This document shows positions 24,303 through 36,777 of a stretch of 64,000 nt of DNA, piece after piece. Under the pieces are notes generated by a model. The model saw nothing but the letters and a program-made list of their open reading frames with translations, did not search any database and was not told the origin of the DNA. The position numbers and the translations under genes are program-made. Source of the stretch: Octopus vulgaris (lineage: Eukaryota). Each line of letters begins with the position of its first letter. Positions within the stretch are counted from its first letter, which is position 1. Location: contig OX597818.1 in the NCBI GenBank assembly GCA_951406725.2, positions 87,172,001 through 87,236,000 of the forward strand, given 5' to 3'.

Positions 24303-24680
24303 GTTATTATTATTATTATTGTTATTAACAACATCTGGTTTCCCATATCTATGATGTCTTTGGCTTTAATCTGTTCCCACCAGATGTAACTTTAGGGAAG
24401 TTTGGTAACATATCTCAAAACTAACATGGAACACATGCAGAATATGTAGTGGGGGAGTCACTCCCTCCTCCCCGTGTTCATCTGGGCCAAGTGGTTATAA
24501 ATTCTGAGCAAGTTTCAGTTGTTGCTGGTAGTTGTCATCGGCAATGAATGGACACCAGACCAAATATTTAAACACATGTGTATATTTACATATATACAAC
24601 CACACATACATATGTATTCTCTCTCTCTCACACACACTTATGTATATATATAAATGTGTTTGTGTGTGTATGTATATATA

Positions 24681-24844
24681 CTGTATTTTAATGTGTATAA
24701 GGAAACCCCTAATATTTAGGGCTTAAGATTTGAAAAAAAAAAGTTTTGTAAGTGATTATAATACTATCCATGTATAAGAAACTCCCATATTTATATAAAC
24801 TAATTTTTGACAAAATTGGGTTCCTTATACACGTTAGAATACAG
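24681..24844. mobile_element. Tc1/pogo-like MITE
   Basis: TA TSD; ~28-bp TIRs CTGTATTTTAATGTGTATAAGGAAACCC / GGGTTCCTTATACACGTTAGAATACAG. Confidence 0.75.
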
Positions 24845-25139
24845 TATATATATATATATATATATATATTTACTTTATTTAAAGCAGCAGAAAATTCAAC
24901 AAAACCTGTGTTTACTCCGATATATTCAATTCAAATAAACAAACAATAAAATTGACAATAACAGACAACAAGAGAATGTGCACAAGGAATGTGTTAGTTT
25001 GACACTCACTAAAAGGAGAGAGAGTTTTTGATGTTTTCAGCATAGCTCTTTGTCGGAAAGAAGAAAGGCAAAAGTATAAAGAAAGAAAAGAAATCGCCAA
25101 TAGTTCATGTGTAGTTACATTGCTGAAGTATATGTATGT

Positions 25140-25182
<43 letters not shown>

Positions 25183-25184
<2 letters not shown>

Positions 25185-25360
25185 GGAGTAAACACATAAA
25201 TGTGAAACAAGGTGGAAAAAGAGTACTCAAATACCAGTGGTAGAGTAGTATGCTTTATTTAAAGCAGCAGAAAATTCAACAAAACCTGTTACTCTGACGA
25301 ACGGCAATGGGAAACTCAGTGTAACAGGTTTTGTTGAATTTTCTGCTGCTTTAAATAAAG
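25183..25360. mobile_element. Second P1 palindromic element; HHR on plus strand ~25286-25327; deleted third copy at 24871-24920
   Basis: CTGACGA (25294-300)-ACG-GCAA-TGG-GAAA-CTCAGTG-TA-ACAG between inverted arms; flanked by (TA)n. Confidence 0.75.
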
Positions 25361-25415
25361 TATATATATATATAGCAATAATAATTCTAAAAGGGATATA
25401 GACAGTAACTGCTCG

Positions 25416-25792
25416 ATAACATAAGGGACTAAAGCCATCTGAATATGGCTAGGGACAGGGCAGGGTGGTGGGGGTACTGATTTAGCCCCACATCGACGTC
25501 ACCAGAGGGACACGTCACGGTGCCCTAACCTGCAAAGGGAGGTATTCCCCGATGAGCGGAAACCACACACGGACCATGGTTTCAAGGTGTATTGCCTACA
25601 CCTTGAAACCATGGTCCGTGTGTGGTTTCCGCTTCATCGGGGAATACCTCCCTTTGCAGGTTAGGGCACCGTGACGGTGTCGAGCCTTTCTGGTGACGTC
25701 GATGTTCGCCTGGGGCTAAATGCAACAGTAACACCCCCACCACCCTGCCCTGTCCCTAGCCATATTCAGATGGCTTTAGTCCCTTATGTTAT
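25416..25792. repeat. 377-bp GC-richer palindrome (P4) with 5-nt loop at 25592-96; partial HHR (stem II, GAAA, palindromic stem III, GUC)
   Basis: AAGGTGTA-TTGCC-TACACCTT-GAAA-CCATGG-TC at the centre; the arms differ essentially only by short deletions in the left arm. Confidence 0.8.
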
Positions 25793-25799
25793 ATATATA

Positions 25800-26198
25800 T
25801 ATATATAAATAAATAAAGCTGAAGTTGTCTGTGTATGGCAGGTTTGGTAGCCTTCAACTAACACTATCTCCTCCAAGACCCTGCTGCGCAAGTTGACCAA
25901 AATTGAGAGTATAATAGAAGAAGGCTTGCTCTTCATTCCGTAGAAGAAAAAATTCAAATCAGACCATGTTAACACCAAAAATTATTTACCTCAAAAAGGT
26001 GCTTTTTTTTCTATGAAAATCCCCACTTTCTTTTTACGATTTTTTGACTGCTGTGTCACTATTTTTCGGTGTATTTCAACCAGAAAAATGTTCACTTAAA
26101 GAGAATAACAAGCTACATAATGCAAAATTTTTACTTTTCAAAAATTCCAATTCTAAAGGGTTGAAACAAACCCGAGCAATGCCGGGCGATACTGCTAG
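25800..26198 (+). mobile_element. Non-autonomous Helitron
   Basis: 3' hairpin CCCGAGCAATGCCGGG followed by CGATACTG-CTAG|T; embedded in TA runs; the 5' TC is not resolved. Confidence 0.7.
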
Positions 26199-26679
26199 TA
26201 TATATATATATATATATATATATAAACACACACACATGGCACACAATCACATAATTTTAGATAGCTTGGATAACCCAGGTTACATGCCTGTGGTTAGATA
26301 TTATTATTAAATTAGTCTAAGGATTGATAAAAGAGTTAACCTGTCTGATTTGGTTCTATTTCACTTCAATTATATCGTGCGTGCATGTGTGTGTGTGTAT
26401 TTAGGGGAAGAAACCTATAGACCCTAACAGATTGGTGAGGTTTATACACAGCATGAACATCTGTTAATCAATGCCTGTGGGCTGGGAAATGCACTGAAGG
26501 GGTGAAGGACTATGACTGGAATATTTGCAGGATACCAATCTCCACTAAATGCCCCCAAGATCAGGGCATGATGTTGGGGTGGGAGGTCTAACACCCAAGT
26601 AGGAAAGCCCAAATTCTATAGTTTTTGTTTCTTTTGCTGACTCTCTTCAATGACTGCCCAGTGAAATAAATTTTACGAT

Positions 26680-27950
26680 TTTAAATGATCTCAATTAAAA
26701 CCTATCAAAATTTCCTGTCAAATTATGTTCCAGAAGACCAGCTTGATAATAGCAAAGTTAGTTTTCCTAAATTCTTCATTATTTTAAAAATTAATTGAAA
26801 CAAAAGCAGTGTATTTTAGCAGAAATGTGTAAAGAAAAATGTTAGCAGCATTTCATCTGCCGAGGTCGACTTTGCCTTTCATCCTTTCGGGGTCGATATA
26901 ATTAAGTACCAGTTACACACTGAGGTCGATATAATCGACTTAATCCGTTTGTGTGTAGCCCCTTGTGGGTAGTAAAGAAATAGGTATTTTGTCTGCCGTT
27001 ACACTCTGAGTTCAAATTCCACCGAGGTCAACTTTGCCTTTCATCCTTTCGGGGTCGATAAATTAAGTACCAGTTACGCACTGGAGTTGATCTATTCGAC
27101 TTAATCCCATTGTCTGTCCATGTTTGTCCCCTCTATGTTTAGCCCCTTGTGGGCAATAAAGAAATAAGAAATATGTTAAGAAAGGGGTTAAAGTAATGTA
27201 TTAAAGCAATCTAAGTTAAAAAGCTTCTGCAAAAATTTCCTGTTAATTTTTGTTCCAAATGACCAACTTGATAACAACAGTTATTTTACTAAATTCTTCA
27301 TTATTTTAAAAATTAATTGAAACAAAAGCCATATATTTCAACGGAAATATGGTAAGAAAAGATACCACAAATGGCTCTTCTTAGGCACTTACAATTTGTC
27401 CCTTGACACTACAAAAAAAAAAGTTTGTCCCACCCCTAACACAGATATAGTTGTATATGTGCTAGTATGACTAATGGTGTTGCTGATGTATAATATAGTT
27501 GTGTAGGTAGTTGTACATTTGGTGGTATTCTAGTGTGAAATGTAGTATTGGTTGTAGTAGTACTACTTCAATGATATCTGTTGAAACTACAACTATCATC
27601 ACCACCACCATGGTTGAGCATTACTCTAGCTGCTACTATGGCCTATACCATTATAACTACTACCACCACCACATTATGCTCTCTGTAGCATTACTCTTGC
27701 TGCTACTATAACCTATACCATTACCACCTACACCACCACCACCACACTGTATTATGATTATAACACTACTGTAGCTGCTTCTTCCATGTACACTGCCGCC
27801 ACCACCACTACGACCACTTAAGTGATAAAAAGTTCCCATTGAAATCCCATGTTAGTTTATACCCCCAAACACCTGTTTAATAGTGACAAAGTTACTTTAC
27901 TAAACTCTTCCTTATTTTCAGAAATATAATTTTAAAAAATAGGGGTTAAA
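26680..27950 (-). repeat. Interrupted tandem units of a piggyBac-MITE-derived ~165-bp repeat, carrying a SINE A' dimer (~26845-27170) and a duplicated block (27362-27822)
   Basis: CTAAATTCTTCATTATTTTAAAAATTAATTGAAACAAAAGC occurs twice plus a degenerate third unit; units end in GGGGTTAA; reverse complement of the 44737-45598 unit. Confidence 0.65.
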
Positions 27951-27992
27951 AAGATAAAAGTTTTAACCCTTTAGCATTTAAACCGACCATAT

Positions 27993-28383
27993 CGCTGTGG
28001 CTGCGTGGTAAGTAACTTGCTAACCAACCACATGGTTCCGGGTTCAGTCCCACTGCGTGGCATCTTGGGCAAGTGTCTTCTGCTATAGCCCCGGGCCGAT
28101 CAATGCCTTGTGAGTGGATTTGGTAGACGGAAACTGAAAGAATCCTGCCATATATATGTATATATATGTATGTTTGTGTGTCTGTGTTTGTCCCCCTAGC
28201 ATTGCTTGACAACCAATGCTGGTGTGTTTACGTCCCCGTCACTTAGCGGTTCGGCAAAAGAGACCGATAGAATAAGTACTGGGCTTACAAAGAATAAGTC
28301 CCAGGGTCGATTTGCTGGACTAAATGCAGTGCTCCAGCATGGCCGCAGTCAAATGACTGAAACAAGTAAAAGAGTAAAGAGTA
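27993..28383 (+). mobile_element. Young SINE B inserted in a D2 MITE
   Basis: Near-consensus copy with CpGs retained; ATATC repeated at both junctions. Confidence 0.9.
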
Positions 28384-29339
28384 ATATCCGGCTGAAATGT
28401 TCTACTTGTTTTATGTTCAAATTGGCCAGATCCAACCTCTCACACAGACCCTATAATGTCATTCTTACAAATAAACAATCGCATCATCGAAATCTTGAAG
28501 CTACATGAAAATGCATGTTTAATTCAAAACAATATGTGTTAATAAGCATTACATTTGACAGAATAATCTGAAAGCTAAAGTGTTTATCTATATAACCCCC
28601 TGTTGATGGATCACAATTTTTTTTTTCTTTCACAAAATCCAGGGCGACAATGTTAAACCTGCATAAAGATCTCTTTCCTCTTTCTTGCACTCTTGAGAAG
28701 AGTTAAAGGTTAAAAGAATGTCCTGCAGATTGCTCTTGTGCCCCTCGTAGTTAGTGTGGTACCAACACTCTCTAATAGTTTTACATTCCCTTGTAGAGTG
28801 TAGGCAGGAAATTAAGGCAGGAAGGAGTGAGGGTTTGCAGTTGGAATGCAGTAGTAGAGTTTAATATTGGTGCAGCACTTTTGCAGCGGTGTCAATGATT
28901 GTCAATCTTTGATCAACAGAAATATGTGAAGAATGCAAGGTATGCACACACAATAAGTTTGATCTCATTGATTGCTGCAAGAACAGCTGCAGGTTGCATG
29001 CACATGTGTGTGTGTGTATATGTGTATAATAATCTGTATACTGTGTTTTGTGTGTATGTGCATATGCTTTTGTAGCTGTTAGAAGTCATGGGAAAATATG
29101 TTAAAGCAGGTGTTTGATTGATGTGCATTCGTGCATGCATGCGTATACACTTATATGCACACGTGTACAAGTGTATGTAACGAGGCATGTGTTGATGCAG
29201 TTGTTTATGTTATAGTGCATCGAATTATCTTCATCACACACACACACACACGCACTTGCTTGCAAACATCAGTGCACACATGTGCAGCTGTTTGCATGTG
29301 ATCGCCAGCGATGCGTATTTATTTTTGCTGTATGCATTG

Positions 29340-31150
29340 TTTAACGAAGATGGTGATGGTGGCAAGCATTGTAGCGGTGGTGGTGGTGATGTGTTGCTGT
29401 GGTTGGAGCTATAGTGTTATTGTTGATACCCTCGCCTACCTTCCGCTCTGTCTTGACTGCCTCTACCACCATGACCACCACTGCCAATATCACTGTGGAC
29501 ACATGTGGCACTATGAACATCATAACCAAAACCTGTATTCTCCCATCACCGCCACTACTACAACTCACCACCATCACTACTTTTACCACTACTACTAGCA
29601 CGCTGCTATCACACTGTTAATTAATGCTAGTACTACAAGCTAACAAGGGAGCATGTATGTGGTTGTACAATGTGCTAGAAATAGCAAACAAATCATTTTC
29701 ACAATTGCATCCTACCGTCTTCAAAACAGGAAAAAGGGACGTGTTGAATGTGATTGCGGTTCTATTGCACCCGAGGGAAAGGTGAGATGGTCACTGTTTT
29801 CCATGCCTCTGATCATAGATCTGTCTGTTACAGGTAACCCAGGGCTAAACAGCAGCACTCGCATCAGCACTACAACACAACAATGCTCTTACTACACTGG
29901 TACTAGCGCCACTACAATTTTTTTGTAACACCACAACCACCTCCACCAACAACACACTACCACCTGGGTCACTACACTGCCATCACCACTATTGCCACAA
30001 TACCACTACCACTGCATCTTCAAAGCTTTTCTCAATACCACAACTGTACTACCACTCCTACAAGCACAGCCTGCTGGCCAACTACCACTATGTTGTATAC
30101 TACAACACAGCTACCACATATTTCCTTGTTGTTTTGTAACAGTTAACCAGCACATACTGATATCAGTATAATCAGTATGTATAGGTACTAGTACAGTCAG
30201 TGGTGTCGTATGTATATGATGCTGTTGTCTAGGTGGTAGTGTGAATCAGTGGTGGCATACGTGTGTAATGTTGTACATTCAGTGGTACTATTAGTGTGGA
30301 ATGTAGTTGTATGTGTGCTAGTATGACCAGTGGTGTTGCTGATGTGTAATAGTTGTGCAGGTAGTTGTATATTCAGTGGTATTTCTAGTGTGAAATGTAG
30401 TATTGGTTGTAGTAGTAGTACTACTACTACTTCTTCAATGATATCTGTTGAAACTACTACTACCACCACCACTATGGTTGAGCATTACTCTAGCTGCTAC
30501 TATGGCCTATACCATTATAACTACTACCACCACCACCACATTATGCTCTCTAGTATTACTCTTGCTGCTACTATAACCTATACCATTACCACCTACACCA
30601 CCACCACACTGTATTATGATTATAACACTACTGTAGCTGCTACTTCCATGTACACTGCCACCACTACTACCACTTAAGCCACCACAGCAGTACTGCAACT
30701 GATACTATTTCCATCACTACCATCATCATCACTATGGTCATAGTGTTTTTGTGGGTGATACTACAGCATAAGCCTCGGCAGCCAACCATTCTCATAGATT
30801 GTTGTAGCTGATACCACTACTACTACCTGTACTACTACCATCACCAACTCTGCCACTATAGTAATTATGTTTGTAGTGTAGCTGATGCTACCACCAATAC
30901 CAGTGATATAGCCACAGCACTGCTATGATTGACAAAGCTACTACTACAACAACTACTACTTCAGCTACTACAACACATACCATCCAACAAACACCACCAC
31001 TACCTTCCTTTACTTCCTCCTCCTCCTCTTACTTCTCCTCTCTCACTGTCTCAACATGCCTGCTGCTACTACTGACATCGTTAGTTCCTTAACACCACCA
31101 CCACCATCACCACCGCCATCATCTTTGCTGTTACAGCTGCTGATGTCAGT
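29340..31150. repeat. Low-complexity (CAC/TAC/GTG/TAG)-rich region; includes the block 30304-30678 duplicated at 27448-27822
   Basis: Degenerate trinucleotide runs produce the poly-T/H/V pseudo-ORFs. Confidence 0.75.
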
Positions 31151-31654
31151 AGCCCTAAGTGAGAGGAGTGGGGGTAGAGAAAGCGAAAGAGAGAGACACA
31201 AAGAGAGAGATAGAGAGAGGTGAGAAGAGAGAAGGAGAGAAAGAGTGTGAGTAAAAGTGTTGTAGTGGTGGTGGTGGTGACAGGCAAAACTGTCTTTTTA
31301 CCTGCTGACTGACTTTCCATTTTATACAATATTACTGCTGTGCTACTAGCCTGGGGATTGCACACTGCCTTAAAGGTGACTTATCCTTACTCTATTATTT
31401 ATTTATCGTTATGGTGTTATCCTTATGGTGTTGTCGTTATCATCATCATCATCATCTTTATTTATCTATTATCTATTTATTTATTATGTACTTATATAAT
31501 AAATCATTTAACACCAGAAATCATTGTTGCACACACATGCTTGTCTGTCTGTCTGTCTGTCTACCTTTCTATCTATCTATCTATCCATCCATCCATCCAT
31601 CCACCTATCTATCTATCTATCTATCTCTACCTGTTCCCCATCTGTCTGTCTGTT

Positions 31655-31712
<58 letters not shown>

Positions 31713-32436
31713 ATTTATCTATCCACACATGTATATATACACTCATGCTCATATCTCTATCTCTCTTTCTCTTTAGAATATATACAAATGATGATATATA
31801 TGTGTACACACACTCTCATGTATGTATATTCGCAAACACACACACACACATTAAAAAAATTTTGCCCGTCAGTTTAAGATGAGTTCTTCCAGCTGTTTGG
31901 TCAGTTGTGGTCTAACTGGCAGAATTTTCCACAGACACTTGTAACCTTAACATAATTATCGGGGGGGAAAAAAGCAGGAAAAAAAGGAAAGAAACACCTG
32001 TGTGACACACTTTGCGATAAAACTGACCCCTATTGCATTACTGGTATGGTCCCTCTGACAGCCATCTTCTGATTTTTCCACACCATTTTTCTCCACTCGT
32101 TCTTGCTCACAAGGCTTTGGGTCCATTCAAGGCAATGGTTTAAAGAAAAAAATGTCCAAGATGCCATACAGTGGGATCGAACCAGAAATATCATGACTAC
32201 AAAATGAACACTTTAACCACTAAGCCATACCTCTGCACCCACACACATCACATTTGTATTTTGTTAGATTTTTTTTTTTATTTTGGTGGTGGGGTTATAT
32301 AATTTTTTTTAATTTTTTTATATATATCATTGACTCTTGTGTCTAATAGAGAAAATACTCTTTTTTTGTTGCTGCAAGAAATTGTTTGTTTTTTTGGGGT
32401 TTTTTTTTCATACTAGAATTATTATTATTGTTATTA

Positions 32437-33403
32437 AGGGAGCAAGCTGGCAGAATCATTAGCACACTGGGCAAAATGCTTAGTGGCATTTCGCCTATCT
32501 TTACATTCTGAGTTCAAATTCTGCCAGGATCAACTTTGCCTTTCATCCTTTCATGGTCAGTAAAATTAAGTACCAGTGAAGCACCCGGGGTTGATGTAAT
32601 CAACTAGTTCCCTTGCCACAAATTTCAGACCTTGTGCCTTCATTAGAAAGGATTATTATTATTATTATTATTATTATTGGCAGAATTAATAAGCACACCA
32701 GGCAAAATGCAATGCTAAGCAGCATTTCGTCCATCTTTACATTCTGAGTTCAAATTGCACTGAAGTCTACTTTGCCTCTCATCCTTCTGGGGTCAGTAAA
32801 ATAAGTACCAGTTGAGCACTGGGGTCAATGTAATTAACTTGTCCCCCTCCCCAAAATTGCTGCCTTTGTGCCAAAATCTAAAACCATTATTATTATTATC
32901 ATCATCATCATTATTATTATTATTATTATGATTAGAGCAGAATCATTAGATCCTTGGACAAAATGTTTTGTTGTTTTTCTTCTGGCTTTTTACATTCTGA
33001 GTTCAAATCCTCCTTAGATCAACTTTACCTTCTATCCTTTCGAGGTCAATAAAATAAAGTACCAGTTAAGTACTGGGGGGGGGGTGTCAGTGATATCAAA
33101 TTCCTCCACTTCCAATTTCAGGACTTGTGCCTCTATGCTACAAACATTTATTATAAAGAGTAGATAAATAGGGAGAAGTGTTGGAGTGTTGAAAAAAAAA
33201 ATATTTAGTGCCTTTTTTCTTGTCTTCTTATGTTCTGGGTTTCAAATCCTGTTGAAGTCTATTTTGCTATTTATCTTTTCAATGTCAGTAGAAGAAAATA
33301 GGAAAGTACTCATGTACTGAGTCCAGTGCTATTGGCTAAACATCTGACTTGCTAAATTGCTGACCTTGTGCTTACATCAGAAGCTGTCATCATCATCATC
33401 ATC

Positions 33404-33436
<33 letters not shown>

Positions 33437-34139
33437 GGTGGTGAGTTGGCAGAATTGTTAGCATGGCGAGCAAAATGCTTAGTGGCATTTCGTTCATCTG
33501 TACGTTCTGAGTTCAAACTCTGCTGAGGTCACTTTTGCCTTTGATGTCGTTAAATTAAGTACCAGTGAAACACTGGGGTCGATGTAATTGACTATAGTCC
33601 TCTCCCCACAAAATTTCGGGCCTTGTGCCTATAGTAGAAAGGGTTATTATTAATTAAGCATTGCTGTAATTTATTACAAGCTGCACCCAAGTCCCACCGA
33701 GAGATATCAAGGGACAACAAGTTTTTGCACCTAAAAATGCAAACAGGTGAGATGCTATGCAATGGAAAAAAAAAAAAAAGCTTTGTGTGTTATAAAAAAA
33801 AAAATCTTGTTAAAAAATTTATAAGATTGAATGAATAGAATTGTATTTCCATGGAGAATAATTTACATAAAATAAGTGAGCTACTCTACAATTATTATTA
33901 TTATTATTTTATTATTATTATTATCAAGGCGGTGATCTGGTAGAATTGTTAGCACGCTAAGCAAAATGCTTAGCGAAATTTCATTTGTCTTTACATCCTG
34001 AGTTCAAATTCCACCGAGGTGAGCTTTGCCTTTCATCCTTTCGAGGCTGACAAAACAAGTACGAGTTGAGCACTGGGGTTGATGTAATCAGCTAGCCCTC
34101 TCCTTAAAAACTTCAGGCCTAATGCCTACACTAGAAAGG

Positions 34140-34175
<36 letters not shown>

Positions 34176-35129
34176 TCTGCCAAGTTTGACTTTACCTTTC
34201 ATCCTTTCGGGGGTCAATAAAATAAGAATCATTTAAATACTGAGATCCATATAATCAATTCATCACCTCCCCCACAAAAATTGCTGCCCTTGTGGCAAAA
34301 TTTGAAACCATCATCATCATCATCATCATCATTATTATTGTTGTTGTTGTTGTATTGAATTTTTTTTTTTTTCTGTAAAGTGGTTGGTAATATTTAGTTG
34401 TTCAAATCTCAGCGTAGTCATCTATTTATTTTTTTTTCTTCTGGATTCATTAGAATGAAGTACCAGTGAAATAAATACAGAAGCAGGAGGTGTGGCATGG
34501 AACTGATACGATTGGCTATTGACTTTACCAAATTGTATAGCTCTTCTATCTACATTAGAAATCAATACATTATCAATTCAACTCCCATCGTATTCTTCTT
34601 CCACTTTCTTCCTTCCTGGGTTCAATAACCGAAGAACTAATAATCAAAAATTGGAATCAATACAATCGACTACACCTCACCACTCAAAATTCCTGGCTTA
34701 TTATAGAAATTATTATTAGCACTAGCATGGCAGTGGATGGATAGAATTGTTAGAGCAGTGATCTAGTTATGGTTCTTTACAGTTTGAGTTCAAATTCAGC
34801 CGAGGTCAACTTTACATTCTATCTCTTAGCGGTGACGCTTGATCGAATAAAGTAACAGTCAAGTACTGGAGTTGCTGTACTCGACTAAACGACCCTCCCC
34901 TTTACTTTCAAGATAGCTGATCTTGTGTCTAAGTTAAAAATTATCATTAGGATGGATAGCTGGCAGAATTGTTGAAGCATTGATGTCAGCTGCCCCTTTC
35001 ATCCTTTTGGGGTTGATAATATATAATACCAGTAAAATACCTGAGGCGAATGTTATCAATTTACCCATTCCTCCCCTCAAATTTACTGGCCTTGTACCTA
35101 AATAAGGAGGAGTAATAATAATAATAATA

Positions 35130-35171
<42 letters not shown>

Positions 35172-36743
35172 ATTATTATTAAGGTGGCAAGTTGGCAGAA
35201 TCGTTAAATGCTTGGCAACATTTCACCTGCCTTTACGTTCTGAGTTCAAACTCTGCCCAGGTCAACTTTGCCTTTCATCCTTTCAGGGTCTATAAAATAA
35301 ATAGCAGTTGAACACTGACGTTGATGTGACTAGCCCCCTCCCCCAAATTGCTGGCTTTGTGCCAAAATTTGAAACCATTATTATTTTCATTATATTAGTT
35401 TAATGTTATTGTGAGTCCTTGTGGCTGATAAAAGAATAAATTATTATTATTATTATTATTATAACAATTGTAATAATAAAATAATCTTATAAATATAATC
35501 ATTAATCATAACAATTACTATTACAATTGTTATGATTAATGATTATATTATTTACAAGATTATTATGATTAATTATTATTATTAGTAGTAGTAGTTGTTG
35601 TTGTTTAGGCCCGAGCTGGCCTTGATTAAGCAGACCCATAAATATATGGTATAACCTTTTTGTAAAACAGTGGAGCATGAGTTTTTAGTGTAACAAATGA
35701 CCATGTTGCCTTTCCCAAATCATCATCATCATCATTATTATTGAGAATCTTTAAGCATGCTGGGTAAAATGCTTAGTAGTATTTTGTCTGTCTTTACGTT
35801 CTGAGTTCGAATTCTGTCTCGAGGCCAACTTCGCCCTTCATCCTTTCGGGGTTGAGTTCAAATTCTGCTGAGGTTGACTTTGTCTTTCGTCCTTTTGGGA
35901 TGGAGCTCTGGGGTTGATGTAAATGACTTACCCACCTCCATCAAATTGATTGCTGGCCTTGTGCCAAAATAGAAACCATTATTAGATAAATAGAATCGTT
36001 AGAGCATGGGATAAAAAGTGCTTTGCAATTTAACTCTTCATTCTTTCAGTAATCAATAAAATAATAAAATAATAGCTGTTGTTTAACCCCAGGTTAGCCC
36101 TATTTGGGAAGACAGTATGATCAAAGCTTCTCCAGTTATGACCATCCTGAATATTGTCTTAAGCAGTCTTTCTTTAAGACAGTAAGTAACGACTTTAGGG
36201 AGATTTGGCTGTTATTTCCTTCAGGTTGATCAATCATGTAGTGACTCCTTCATTGACTCATTTATAAAGTACCAGTGGTCTACTCAGGGAGTAACATAAT
36301 CAACTGTAACCCTTTTCTGAAATTTGTGACATACGTTTGATGGAAATCGTGGTTTGTTGTGTTTTGTTCGAAATATATCTAATTATGTTTGTTGCCTCTA
36401 CATTTCAAGTTCAAATCCTGCCTCGGCGTGATTTTGTCAATGCTTTGACTGTGAATGATAAAATGAATATCAAATAGCATTGTTGGTCGATTAAAATTTT
36501 CCTGTGCTTGCTCCTCCCCACGAAGTATCTGGCCTTGTGTAAACATCAGAAATCACTTGGGCAGTGCCTTCCTCTCCACTGTCAGTCTCTTTGCCATCGC
36601 CCTCTTCTCCACGGTCGTCCTCTTCTCCCAATTCCTTCTTGATGAGGTTCTGGCCTGAGAGAAAAGTATCTGTCTTTAGACCCTTCAGTCTTGCTATCAT
36701 GCAACCTTTTTCTATTATAGCCACTTGATATAAGAAATTATTA

Positions 36744-36777
<34 letters not shown>

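Noticed and set aside
27511-27711. Similar ORFs at 27511 and 30330 suggesting paralogous genes
   Set aside because: They reflect a local DNA duplication of low-complexity sequence; frames differ by indels
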